The notes under the pieces were generated by a model, which was not told where the DNA came from, searched no databases, and saw nothing but the letters and a program-made list of their open reading frames with translations. Made by a program: the position numbers and the translations under genes. Of a DNA stretch of 64,000 nucleotides, positions 1-10,005 are shown piece by piece. This DNA comes from a virus: positions 588-64,587 of the IMG/VR virus record IMGVR_UViG_3300001278_000001; one strand, given 5' to 3'. Position 1 is the first letter of the stretch; the number at the start of each line of letters is the position of its first letter.

Positions 1-768
1 TCCAAAGTTGTTAGCATTTACCTCTCTTAGTATGTCGTCGATATAAAGTGGCTTATAGGACATTAGGGGTGTTATTATGTCTTGAGCTATTTTTTTATCT
101 GTTCGATTGAATCGATTTACTATTTCAGAAGAAACACATTTATTTATTTCAAATGTGTTAATTAGATCCTTTAGGTTTTTAGGTTTGGTTTTGTTGAATA
201 TTTTAACGTAGAAGTCAAAACAAGCGATTAAAGCATTCCATGTTGAGGTTTTTCCTACTCCGTATCCACCAATAGTTAAAGTTCCTTTGTCGAAACTAGG
301 TTTAGATAAATCTTTTCTGAGAAGTGGACTTCTAAAAAATCTATCATCTCTTAAGAAGTAGAAAATCAAAGTATATAAATACTGGATAGGTTCTTCATTA
401 TTTGAATAGGGGTTGGTTTTGCTAAAATCTTTTTTGTTTTGCAACTTATACATTCTAAAAAAGTCATCAACTATCAATTTATAATCGGGAATTACCTCAG
501 GATTTTCTTTTACAACAATGGTTTCTTTTAATTTATCGTTTTTCTCCTTTTCTTTTAAGGATTCTTCGCGTAGTTTTTCGAATTTCTCCTCCCATTTAGC
601 TATTTTTTTATCGTAATTTTCACAAAACTCTAAATCATAAGGCTCTCCCCTTTGTTTTCTCATATCATAACTATGGGGTTTTCTAGGTTTTTTACCAATT
701 TTCTCGTGTACCAAGTGCATAGAAATTGGAAGAGCATCATCTTTTTTATTCATTCTATGGTTTTTCAT
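1..768 (-). CDS. DnaC/IstB-like AAA+ ATPase (putative helicase loader), runs off the left window edge
   Basis: Not in the ORF track; translated by hand from ATG at 768 (ATGA overlap with the upstream stop) and open to position 1. Walker A GGYGVGKT, Walker B LYIDDILRE. Sits directly after the initiator gene. Confidence 0.75.
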   Translation of the reverse strand, partial: MKNHRMNKKDDALPISMHLVHEKIGKKPRKPHSYDMRKQRGEPYDLEFCENYDKKIAKWEEKFEKLREESLKEKEKNDKLKETIVVKENPEVIPDYKLIVDDFFRMYKLQNKKDFSKTNPYSNNEEPIQYLYTLIFYFLRDDRFFRSPLLRKDLSKPSFDKGTLTIGGYGVGKTSTWNALIACFDFYVKIFNKTKPKNLKDLINTFEINKCVSSEIVNRFNRTDKKIAQDIITPLMSYKPLYIDDILREVNANNFG

Positions 769-1475
769 CGGTTTCCTTTGTAAGTTCCTGATTCATTTTT
801 TTTAGTAGATATATTTTTAAGCCATGATTGCTTATATCCTCCCCAACTATTTTCAACAGAAATTTTTATAGCTTCATTTGCTGTAATTTCTGATTTTTCT
901 ATTTCTTTTAATATTTTTTTAAAAGCAGTTTCGGTATTAACTAATTTTTTTTGTTTTCGAACTAAAAGCCATTCTGATACTATTTTTTTATCAACTCCAA
1001 TTTCTATTAAAGAATTTTTGAAATTAAATTTTTTTGATTTAATAATATCTTTTGTTTCTTTTTTTAAAAGAATATCACTATCACTTACACTTACACTTAC
1101 ACTATCTCTTACAGCGAGTTTTGTATTGCTATGTATCGCTATGCGATCCTTTGCTATCTTTTGCGCTTCTAAAACATCTATTTCATTGCTAATGACTCTT
1201 TCGTATAAATCTAAATTATATCGTTTTAAATTACCTAGAACTCCTGATTTAGAGCGTTCTAATTTTTTATTCTGCCATTTTTCTAAATCTCTTTTTAGGG
1301 TTGCTTTTATTTGAGCAAAAACAGCATTTATTAAAATGTCGTCAGACTTTGGATCTTCATCATTTACATATGAAAAAATATGTTTTATTAATTGTCCTGC
1401 TTTTTCATCAGGAAGTGTTTCAAATGTTTCTTTCCAATCACAATATGCTGTAAATGATTTTTTTCCTGTAGCCAT
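765..1475 (-). CDS. Phage replication initiator-like protein (DUF6291-type N-terminus, replisome-organizer-like C-terminus)
   Basis: N-term KKSFTAYCDWKETFETLPDEKAGQLIKHIFSY, VSVSVS linker, C-term EWLLVRKQKK...AIKISVENSWGG. Paired with a DnaC-like gene as in lambda O/P-type modules. Confidence 0.72.
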   Translation of the reverse strand: MATGKKSFTAYCDWKETFETLPDEKAGQLIKHIFSYVNDEDPKSDDILINAVFAQIKATLKRDLEKWQNKKLERSKSGVLGNLKRYNLDLYERVISNEIDVLEAQKIAKDRIAIHSNTKLAVRDSVSVSVSDSDILLKKETKDIIKSKKFNFKNSLIEIGVDKKIVSEWLLVRKQKKLVNTETAFKKILKEIEKSEITANEAIKISVENSWGGYKQSWLKNISTKKNESGTYKGNR

Positions 1476-1490
1476 ATTTAAATAAAAAAA

Positions 1491-1574
1491 AGCCTTTAAA
1501 TTTTATTTTCACGTGCTGATAAGGCAACGTTATGGGAATGATACCATAACTCGTGAAAATAAAGCTTAAAGGCT
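1491..1574 (-). promoter_or_regulatory. Long branched leader hairpin followed by a U-tract just upstream of the initiator start (attenuator/terminator-like)
   Basis: Outer stem AGCCTTTA..TTTATTTTCACG / CGTGAAAATAAA..TAAAGGCT, inner hairpin GTTATGG/CCATAAC, then a T8 run and ATG at 1475. Confidence 0.55.
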
Positions 1575-1628
1575 AAATTACTAATCATTCTATTTTAATT
1601 TATCAGTGTTATCAGTTCTGATATATGG

Positions 1629-1636
1629 CAAATATA
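1629..1636 (-). promoter_or_regulatory. Bacteroidota-type -7 promoter element TATATTTG
   Basis: Exact TAnnTTTG match upstream of the replication genes. Confidence 0.5.
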
Positions 1637-1910
1637 GTAATTATAACAATACATATTAAAAATGTTTTCAATTTAAATATCATTACATCTCTATCTGTTG
1701 CTATTTTAATTAAGTTGTTTAATAGTTTCTTGAAGTTCATATTATTTTTAATTTATTTTCGATAAAGAAATCCCTTTCTTCTTTAGATAATTTTGGTGTT
1801 TCTGATTTTATTTTTCCTTCTAATAGAACAATGACAACTTCTGTTCCGTCTTCTCTAAATAGAAAATACGTGTCTTTATCCCTGCAATTTGCTCTAGTAA
1901 AAAACATTTG

Positions 1911-2363
1911 TTATTTTTTTACCCAAGTAAAACCTCTTAAGGTTGATATTTTACCATTTGAAGCGTTTGAAAGAGATGTAATGTCTATTCCTGTGACTTT
2001 AGATGCTTCTGCTATTGATTTAAATTCATTTATTTTTTTGTTGTTAAGTAATTGAATTATTGGCGTAGGCTTTTTCATGTTCCCTTTGTTGTATGATGTT
2101 GTTAGATTGGATATATTGTTGTTGGATTTATTTCCGTCTTTATGAACTATAATCTCAGGCTTTAATATTTCTCCAATAAAGTTCTCATAAACGAGTCTAT
2201 GTACACAAAAACATTTAGTTCTTCCCTTTTTGTATAAATAAACATGATGGTATCCTTGTTTGTTAATTGCTTGTTTTAATTCTTTGTTGAATTTGGAATT
2301 AATTACAATACCATTATTATTTATACTGTAATTTTCGAAACCACTTATTTTTTTAAAAATCAT
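1911..2363 (-). CDS. HNH homing endonuclease (NUMOD4-like N-term, HNH core, NUMOD1 C-term)
   Basis: FCVHRLVYENFIG...IVHKDGNKSNNNISNL and FKSIAEASKVTGI. Confidence 0.8.
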   Translation of the reverse strand: MIFKKISGFENYSINNNGIVINSKFNKELKQAINKQGYHHVYLYKKGRTKCFCVHRLVYENFIGEILKPEIIVHKDGNKSNNNISNLTTSYNKGNMKKPTPIIQLLNNKKINEFKSIAEASKVTGIDITSLSNASNGKISTLRGFTWVKK

Positions 2364-2373
2364 ATCTTTTTTG

Positions 2374-2832
2374 TTATATAGCTTTTAAAAACCTATCACA
2401 TCTAATCTTATGTTCTTCATCACTTAGTTCTAGTTCATCCAAAACAGACATAAATATTGAATATTTGGTATCTTTATTGTTGGATAAAATTATTTGTATT
2501 TCAGAATCAATTTTTAAGCATAATGATTCTACTCTTTTTTCTGTTTCAATTAGGTTTTTTATTGTCTTGTTAGCCCAAACAGCAGTAGCGTGATCTCTTA
2601 ACAATAAGTTTGATATAGTTGCTAACGAATACTTGGTGTGTTTGGATAAAAAATACATTATGATCTGACGATTAAAAACCAAACCTCTTTTTTTGTTTCT
2701 AGGTCTTAAATCTTCCAAAGGTAGATCTAAATACTTTCTTATTATAGATAGTATTTGGCTAACAATAGGGTCTTTGTGCATTTGCTTTGTAGCTTCTTGC
2801 AACACGGGTATTTTAAGGGGTTTCTTCTTCAT
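2374..2832 (-). CDS. Stand-alone DnaA C-terminal (domain IV) helix-turn-helix protein
   Basis: RQIIMYFLSKHTKYSLATISNLLLRDHATAVWA matches the DnaA domain IV signature (RQIAMYL..SL..IG..F.RDHTTV). Confidence 0.75.
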   Translation of the reverse strand: MKKKPLKIPVLQEATKQMHKDPIVSQILSIIRKYLDLPLEDLRPRNKKRGLVFNRQIIMYFLSKHTKYSLATISNLLLRDHATAVWANKTIKNLIETEKRVESLCLKIDSEIQIILSNNKDTKYSIFMSVLDELELSDEEHKIRCDRFLKAI

Positions 2833-3277
2833 TTTGAAAATCTATATCAACACCTTCGTTTGGCAAAGGTATTGTTATGTTAAAAAAATTATATGATAAC
2901 TGTCGGCATTTTTCGTGAAATTGTTCTTGATTAGAAGTGTTGTTTTTTGTGGTACTTCTAGTTTTTCGTATTATTTCACCAGTATCTTCATTCACTTCTT
3001 CTACATAATTGCAATTAGCCTTTAGGAACTCATGGACATCTTCTTTAGACCAAATTTCCCCCCAAGCGTCTTCAATTGAGTTAAGGAAAATTCCGACTAT
3101 TACCTTCCAGTAATATTTGTTTTGCTTAACAGATCTTTTGTTTATTCTTTTACTGAAAGTAATGTCGATAGTCATTCCTTCATAGCACTTTACTATTTCA
3201 ATAATTCTATCTTTATTAGAAGCGAATTTTCCGTTTTTTATTAAAACAGGTAGTGTTATTTTGGAAGCGACTTTCAT
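2813..3277 (-). CDS. NinB/Orf-like recombination accessory protein
   Basis: RSVKQNKYYW motif followed by EDVHEFLK and STTK; located in the recombination cluster. Confidence 0.5.
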   Translation of the reverse strand: MKVASKITLPVLIKNGKFASNKDRIIEIVKCYEGMTIDITFSKRINKRSVKQNKYYWKVIVGIFLNSIEDAWGEIWSKEDVHEFLKANCNYVEEVNEDTGEIIRKTRSTTKNNTSNQEQFHEKCRQLSYNFFNITIPLPNEGVDIDFQNEEETP

Positions 3278-3588
3278 TAGTAAAAAATATTTATGAATTT
3301 GAATAAATCTGAAAATCCTGAGGTTAGGTCATATGTGTATATGATGAATTTACCTCCTACATTTTGCCTTTTAGCTATTTTTATAGCTCCTTTTTTCATC
3401 AATCTAATAATATCTCTTTCTCTAAGATTTATTTTAGAATTTAATCTCTCTACACTTAAGTAGTTGCTTCTATTTCTATTGATAAGATCTACACCTCCAA
3501 CTAAAATAGCACCTTCTGATAAGTGAGATAATATTGCTAATTGGTTATCTCCAAATTGTTGTCCTAGAAACATTGTGTTTGTCGCCAT
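3277..3588 (-). CDS. Hypothetical protein
   Basis: ORF track; abuts its neighbours on the operon strand. Confidence 0.6.
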   Translation of the reverse strand: MATNTMFLGQQFGDNQLAILSHLSEGAILVGGVDLINRNRSNYLSVERLNSKINLRERDIIRLMKKGAIKIAKRQNVGGKFIIYTYDLTSGFSDLFKFINIFY

Positions 3589-3593
3589 TATGA

Positions 3594-4904
3594 TTAATTT
3601 TCTATTATTGAATAAGTTATCTCTCCACCTTCGAAATCAGGACGCTCTATCAACAATTGCAAATCATTTTCATTAGCCCAACTTTGAATCTTATCTAATG
3701 AATTTTTATCAAGATAAGAAGCGTCAAAGTGCATAGTTTTAAGTCTTCCTAAGACTAAAGATCCTAGTTTTAGAGCGCAAATATATTTTGAGGAGCTAGA
3801 TATTTGATTATCATTTAATGGAAGACCGTTGTAAGTAATACCTTCATCTGTTAATTTGAATTCCTCAGGCAGATTTGCTTTCTGTATTATTTCGGTTTTT
3901 TCTGTGGTTATTTTTTCTAATTCTTTGTTTAAAGAATCAACCTTAGATCTAGCAGTTTCACCCTCTTTAATCCAATCGTTGTATGATTTAAGGTTTACTT
4001 GATATGCGTCAGACTTAGATTTGTTGTCGTATGCGTCGTCTATTCTTTTGTCAATATCAGAAAAATCATGGTATTCAGGTTCTTTTAGAGTGGATAATTC
4101 CTTAAGTTCCTCAGGAGATTCCATTTTATCGTAAAATCTACTTATTCCCTCTAAATCTATAAATGCGGTTATTTCGTGAGCATCTTCATCTTCAAATTGT
4201 TCTATAATTGACCAATCAGCCATGAATTTATCACGTCTATCTTTTCTTGACTTTTGTATATCATTATGAGAAATAGATTCTTTTTGATTTTTTTCATTAT
4301 CAGAAACCCACTTTTCCTTAAGCTTAGTGTTTTTGTCTACTAAATTTTGCTTCTCTTTCTTAAGAGATTCTATGTTTTCAAATTCTACTTTCTCAGGTTT
4401 TTGCATTTTAATAGCTAAAAGTCTTTTAACTTCTCTATTGGCAATTGTCCTTTCGTCGAACTTCAATTTATATTTCTGATCTAATTCAGATAAATCTATT
4501 CCTAATAATTTTTGAACCTGTTTTAATTGTTCTTTCATGCTACTAGAAATAAACCTATCTATACTGAACTTAGATCCAAAATATTTCTCACCGATAGCAG
4601 ATAAGACTCCTGTAGTCATTTTAATATCATCAGCAGTGGTAAAGGAGAAGTTTTCTGTTTTTTCTGTAAAGCTCCATGAGATTTTAGATCCATCAGTTAG
4701 CTCCATAGAGTTTATTCCTTTAGATTCACCTTCTTTTACGATAATAGATGGTTTTTCTCCTCTAAATCTATCGACAAGTCCTCGTAGAACGCTAGATTTT
4801 CCTTTATTATTCCCTCCTACAATTATTGCGGAAGCTCCATTTAATTCTATATGTTGACTAGATACTGCTTTGTAATTTCTTACTGATATTGATTTTATTT
4901 TCAT
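3594..4904 (-). CDS. SMC/Rad50(SbcC)-like coiled-coil ABC ATPase
   Basis: N-term Walker A GGNNKGKSS, long central coiled coil, C-term signature-like ISSSSKY and Walker B/D-loop HFDASYLD. Confidence 0.72.
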   Translation of the reverse strand: MKIKSISVRNYKAVSSQHIELNGASAIIVGGNNKGKSSVLRGLVDRFRGEKPSIIVKEGESKGINSMELTDGSKISWSFTEKTENFSFTTADDIKMTTGVLSAIGEKYFGSKFSIDRFISSSMKEQLKQVQKLLGIDLSELDQKYKLKFDERTIANREVKRLLAIKMQKPEKVEFENIESLKKEKQNLVDKNTKLKEKWVSDNEKNQKESISHNDIQKSRKDRRDKFMADWSIIEQFEDEDAHEITAFIDLEGISRFYDKMESPEELKELSTLKEPEYHDFSDIDKRIDDAYDNKSKSDAYQVNLKSYNDWIKEGETARSKVDSLNKELEKITTEKTEIIQKANLPEEFKLTDEGITYNGLPLNDNQISSSSKYICALKLGSLVLGRLKTMHFDASYLDKNSLDKIQSWANENDLQLLIERPDFEGGEITYSIIEN

Positions 4905-5046
4905 CTTATTATGTCTTTTTTAGTTAATACTTTTCTTGGTTTATATCCTATCATTAGCCCAAATATTTTAGGAGCGTATTTGCCTAGTGGTATATTATAC
5001 TTTTCTGAAATATTCCAAATTAATGATGCTAGTTTTTTCATTTCTA

Positions 5047-5511
5047 TTATTTAGATAAAATATAGTGCAAAGTGCCTTTGCTACTTATGTTAAATTTTTC
5101 CATTGTTTTTTTATAAGATTTATATTTTTTGTGAAATTTTTTTATTTCATCATTGTTGTGCTTTCTTAAAAATGATGAAGCGTGTATAGCTCTTTTTATT
5201 CTTAATTGCTTAGGAATATCCATCATATTTTCAGAATGAGTTCCGACTAATATATTATTCCAAGAGTTGTCAGTTTTTATATTGTTTTTATGTCTAACCT
5301 CAATGCCTTTTTGAAATAAATTGTCTCCATACTTTTGGTAAGCCTGTAGCCTATGAGAAAAAATGTTAGTTTTTCTATTGTTTATTTTTAAGGTAAAATA
5401 TATGTACCCCCTATTGCTTAGTTTGCCTATTTTTTTATTTTGAGGATTATATAGTTCCCCTTTTTCGCAAACAAAATACCCTCTATTTTTACTTATTTCG
5501 TATTTATTCAT
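5047..5511 (-). CDS. HNH endonuclease
   Basis: SHRLQAYQKYG...EVRHKNNIKTDNSWNNILVGTHSENMMD. Confidence 0.78.
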   Translation of the reverse strand: MNKYEISKNRGYFVCEKGELYNPQNKKIGKLSNRGYIYFTLKINNRKTNIFSHRLQAYQKYGDNLFQKGIEVRHKNNIKTDNSWNNILVGTHSENMMDIPKQLRIKRAIHASSFLRKHNNDEIKKFHKKYKSYKKTMEKFNISSKGTLHYILSK

Positions 5512-5557
5512 AGTTCAAATGTATTAATTATATACGAACTGTTATATTTAGATATAA

Positions 5558-6616
5558 TTAATTAAATGTTCCGTTAATTATATCAAATCCATCTAAAGTA
5601 TTTGCTTCGTAATAATTCCATTTACCATCAAAAACAAATCCATCTACACCTTCTATAGTCCAACCCTGCTTTTCTAGCATTGTAGACTGAACTTTTAATT
5701 GAAGTGATAATTTTGATATTTTATTGGTTGGAAGGGATATTCCTTTTGGAAGGTTTTTGAACTTAACTTTTCCGTTTTGATCGAATGAATGATTCACTTT
5801 GTAATCCTGTAATCTACAGGTTTTGTTTTCCCAACTAGTAACTAAAACTCTATCGGCTAAAGCACACATTCCATTTTCTACATCGGTTATTAATGCTTCG
5901 GGTTTCACTTCACCTTTAAATCCTAAACTATCATAGAAATCAAAAAAGTCTTGGACAATAATTTGGATCATCGGGTGGTTTATTTTAAAGCACCTGCTAT
6001 CATCTTTAGGTTTTCTGTAGTTTCTATATAGATCTTCGAATTCCAAAGCTTTATGTATTCCAGTACCAAAAGTAGAAGCTAGTTCTCCTCCTAAATTCCA
6101 AGCTTTTTTAATGGTTTTAGCTTCTATTCCCCAAGCTTTAGAACATCTTTCTATCATAAATGAATCATCAAAATCTTCAATGTATTTTTTGATATAAGTT
6201 GTAGCACCTGTTAATTTGGATTTACCATATCGATATATGTGTTCTTTCTCATTAAAGTCAACGGATATACCATCTTCATTAAATGATGGCATTGAAACCC
6301 AATCATTTTTAACTTTAGAAATCTTTAACGTACACGAAACTAATTGACCAACCTCGTGTCTTTTGAATTTTTCGTCTGAATCTTTTTTGATATAAAAATC
6401 AACGACTTCTGCCGTCATTGGGAACTTATCTCTTCCTATTTCGTATATTTCAGAATTCTTCCCGATATATCCAATTCTTTCTTTTTCCAAATAAACAGCT
6501 AAAGCGTTTTTGTCAAACTCATTTCCTGAGTCATGGGAGATCATTAGTTTAGATCCGTTAGACATTCCATTTGCTTCTGATTTGGCGAACTCTGTGCCGA
6601 CAATTTTTGACTCCAT
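5558..6616 (-). CDS. HIRAN domain fused to a PD-(D/E)XK exonuclease
   Basis: N-term HDSGNEFDKNALAVYLEKERIGYI (HIRAN-like); C-term ASTFGTGIHKALE...PEALI...ALADRVL...LQDYKVN. Confidence 0.7.
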   Translation of the reverse strand: MESKIVGTEFAKSEANGMSNGSKLMISHDSGNEFDKNALAVYLEKERIGYIGKNSEIYEIGRDKFPMTAEVVDFYIKKDSDEKFKRHEVGQLVSCTLKISKVKNDWVSMPSFNEDGISVDFNEKEHIYRYGKSKLTGATTYIKKYIEDFDDSFMIERCSKAWGIEAKTIKKAWNLGGELASTFGTGIHKALEFEDLYRNYRKPKDDSRCFKINHPMIQIIVQDFFDFYDSLGFKGEVKPEALITDVENGMCALADRVLVTSWENKTCRLQDYKVNHSFDQNGKVKFKNLPKGISLPTNKISKLSLQLKVQSTMLEKQGWTIEGVDGFVFDGKWNYYEANTLDGFDIINGTFN

Positions 6617-6618
6617 AA

Positions 6619-7639
6619 TTATTTTAATTTTTCTATTATTAAGTTTAGGTGTTTGACTTCTGATTGAAGACGCTCTATTGTTTTATTTTTTTGTTCTACA
6701 ACTTTATTGAATCTTTCTTTTTCAAACTGATACGGAGTTTGTAGAGGGTCGGCACAAATATAATCTTCTTTGTCTAAAGTGTATATTGTTCCGTAACACA
6801 TTGGAATAAAAACTTTTTCTAAAGTTTTCGGATCTATTGTGTAATGACATTTCATTAGGTTACATCTATTTCGGAATAACACAAAGAATAAGATGTGGAT
6901 TTTTTTTGAAATTGGCTTAAATAAAAATCAAGTCTCATACCATTTAAATTCTCTAATCCTATTATTCTAAAAAGCTTCTCTTTACTAAGCTCAATTCCGT
7001 CGATAGATGCTTTATAGAATTTGCCAAAATTAGTAATCGTGACATCAATTTTGGATTTTGATTTTTCCATGAATTCTAAATAAGTTCCTCCTGATAAGTC
7101 AATATCTGAGAGATAAGCTTCTTGAAGATGCCTGTAATCTCTAAACTGTGATTTGTCTGCCATATTTTAAAATATTATATATCCGAACCAATCTATTGTA
7201 GTAAGGCATTACGTGTTTTTTTCCTGAATTTGCTCTCAAAATATTCAAATGAGATTCAAATGTTGCCTTAGGATCTAAAACTGTTTCAGATTCATTTAAC
7301 TTAATTTCCTTTTTTTCAAATTTATGAGTGGAGAAAAAAAACTCCAATTCTTTAATCGTTACTGGCATTTCTTTTCATTATTTGTAAATGACCAACTCTT
7401 GGGGATTTGTAGGGGTCATATTTTCCAAAAATAATTCCTTTATTAGATGCATATTGAATAAAATCTTCCATTTTATCTTGAACACATTTTCTTTGCCATA
7501 TCAGTGTAACATGGTTGTAAGATTTGCTACCCCAATCATATCCTAGACCAACATAAGAGAAATCTTTATGAAAATTCTCTAAAAAAGAATACATGCTTTT
7601 TTTAGTAGGGAATCCATTTCTGTATTTTAAATCACTCAT
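6619..7639 (-). CDS. Four small hypothetical ORFs (6619-6882, 6855-7163, 7141-7368, 7352-7639)
   Basis: Overlapping start/stop chain on the operon strand; no recognisable motif. Confidence 0.6.
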
Positions 7640-8046
7640 TTTTTATCTAAAAAATTAATACAAAGTTTAATTACCTTTTTACAAGTAGTTATATTGAAAA
7701 ATCCAATGTGAGTATAGTCTAATGGAATTTCCAGTTCATCAGATAACCACTCATACGCTTCATTTCTAGTTAAGTGTTTATCCATCCAAATCTTATCAAA
7801 CCAATCGTGACAAACCTTCTTGTATTTTCTTAATTCACTATTAGCTAATCTTCCGAGTGAACTTCCATCTTCTTCGTGAGTTCCAACGTAACTATCACAC
7901 TTAGGAAAATTCACACAACATATCATAGATTTGTTATTGTAGGATCTGCCATAAATGAATTCTTCTGAAACAACTTTTGTTGTAGAATTACAATAAGGAC
8001 AAGTTTTTCCTGAGTAAACATTTTCTTGATGTGGTGTTAAGTCCAT
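7636..8046 (-). CDS. DUF3268-type zinc-finger protein
   Basis: CPYC...C..FPKCDSYVGTH...LGRLANSELR...CHDWFDKIW...RNEAYEWL...HIGFF. Confidence 0.75.
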   Translation of the reverse strand: MDLTPHQENVYSGKTCPYCNSTTKVVSEEFIYGRSYNNKSMICCVNFPKCDSYVGTHEEDGSSLGRLANSELRKYKKVCHDWFDKIWMDKHLTRNEAYEWLSDELEIPLDYTHIGFFNITTCKKVIKLCINFLDKK

Positions 8047-9160
8047 TATTCAAATATTTCAACTAAATTTTCTAAAATTATAGCAACTTCACTATATCCT
8101 GACGAATGACCTTGCTGATATGCGTATGTGTAGACTTTACTCCTGTATTGTTCAGGAACAATAGAATTTAATCCTGAGAAATCTTTTATAAAGTCTACAA
8201 TCTGAGAATCTAATATGTTTTTGTGATCTCTATATTTCTTCATTTCAGAAGTATAAACTTCAAAATCTTTTTCATACTCTTCTAATTTATCTGCATACAT
8301 TCTCATTCCTGATGAGTTTTTATCGAAATGACTTTGTAAAGGTTTTGTCGGTCTTTTAGGGTAAACTAATTCTTTTCCTTTAGCTATATCTATAGCTTCT
8401 TGTACGCTATTTGCATTTTTTATGCTCATGATTTAATTGTTTTCGTGATACTCTGTATGGTGTTCTATCATTTCCCAAGAGTCAGAAAAATGATCTTGAT
8501 AATCAAGTTCAATCTCAGAGTTCTTTTCATCTCCATTTACTATTTTTTGCATAGCGTGAAAACCTGCGCAAGTCAAAGACTTTTCTCCTCTGACTATAGA
8601 GTTTTGTTGGTCTTCGTCAGGATGATCTTCGTGAACAACTCCTGTTTTGTGACAAACAAAATCTGAATAAGGATTTTCTGCACTATAAGCGAAATCCTCT
8701 GCTCTTTGAGGATGAACAAAAAGAGTATTTTTCCTTGAGTACGGACATAATCCGCAACATTTATTCATTACGTCACTCATAATTAATTGCTTAATTCTAT
8801 AGAGATCATTTTTGTGTTCTCCATAATTTGATTGTTCTTATTCATTACAACAGCCAATAGATCAACTTGTCTTTCGAATATATTGGAAAGTTCTTTTTCT
8901 AATTTTTTCCTCATATTCCTTAAGGCATCTATTTTTTCAGTAAAAGTTGGGTATTCAGTAGAATATTGTTTCGAGTTAACCTGCCAAGAAGTTCTCTCAA
9001 GTTCGTTTATGTTACATATGTAAGTTCCTGAATATGATTCTGATTCTAACAGAATAGTTTCTTTAGAAATGGATATAACCTCCATTTCAGCACAACTTTG
9101 AGAGCTAAAAACAATAAACATTGTATCTCCTATTTTTAAATCTGAAATTGTTTTTTTCAT
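8046..9160 (-). CDS. Three hypothetical ORFs (8046-8429, 8433-8780 Cys/His-rich, 8783-9160)
   Basis: ORF track, tight spacing. Confidence 0.6.
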
Positions 9161-9162
9161 AA

Positions 9163-10005
9163 CTAATCTAGTTTTAGTTTTTTAGTAAAAACAGTTTTTT
9201 TATCCTCAGCAGACAAGTTTCCTCCTTTTATGAAATACTGATGAATTAACGTATTAATCATTCTAGCTCCTAGAGTGTTCATTTCATAATTCTCAGCCAT
9301 AAAAGCCTTTATTTCATAAACGGCTTTCTCTTGATCGCATTCGTCATATATAGATAAATAGGTTTTAAGCAACTCACTTCTGTCTAATATTTCATACAAA
9401 TGATTTAGACTTAAATCTTTTGTATTGAAGCATAAACCTACTCTTCCTAAGAATTCAGTTTTTATCCCAAACTCTCTAAGATCATCTACGGTAATATCTG
9501 CTTGATTATTGAAAGCTCCTGCGAAAATAAATAGGCAGTTTTTCGTTATTGCTGATGCAAACTTTCCATAATCGTGAAAAACACTTGTAGTTTCACTCTC
9601 TAATACTTTTAAGAACTCATTTTGAACTCCATTTGTAGTTTCGTGAGCTAATTGACTATTTGTGTTTCCGCTAATAAATAGCTTATCAAATTCATCAACA
9701 AAAACTATTGTTGGAGAATTACCCATTTGTAAAAGAGGGGATAGTGCCTTGCTTAGAGAGTTACCGCTAGTTCCTTCTTTAGTAAGTGAAGCCCCATTTA
9801 TTTCTAAAAAATTAAGTTTTAGAAATTTACAAATAGTGCTGACTGTAAGAGTTTTACTTGATCCTGATGATCCTGTTAATAAAAAATGAGGTCTTATTTG
9901 ACTTTCAGAAGCTAAGAATATCTGAAATATCTTAACCAACTGCTTTACTAATTTCTCTTGACCTACAACCTCTTTGTTTACTTCTACTTCAATGTTTGTT
10001 TCCAT
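9163..10005 (-). CDS. Minimal ClpX/HslU-like AAA+ ATPase
   Basis: VVGQEK, LLTGSSGSSKT, VFVDEFDKL, GVQNEFLKVLE, FIFAGAF, DLREFGIKTEFLGRV and LGARMI are colinear with the ClpX core. Confidence 0.82.
   Translation of the reverse strand: METNIEVEVNKEVVGQEKLVKQLVKIFQIFLASESQIRPHFLLTGSSGSSKTLTVSTICKFLKLNFLEINGASLTKEGTSGNSLSKALSPLLQMGNSPTIVFVDEFDKLFISGNTNSQLAHETTNGVQNEFLKVLESETTSVFHDYGKFASAITKNCLFIFAGAFNNQADITVDDLREFGIKTEFLGRVGLCFNTKDLSLNHLYEILDRSELLKTYLSIYDECDQEKAVYEIKAFMAENYEMNTLGARMINTLIHQYFIKGGNLSAEDKKTVFTKKLKLD

Noticed and set aside
1082-1103. CACTTA hexamer repeats as replication iterons
   Set aside because: They simply encode the VSVSVS linker common in this initiator family; too short to support an origin call
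1512-1560. Hammerhead suggested by CTGATAAG on the plus strand
   Set aside because: The core deviates from CUGANGA, there is no GAAA after stem II, and it is antisense to the local transcription
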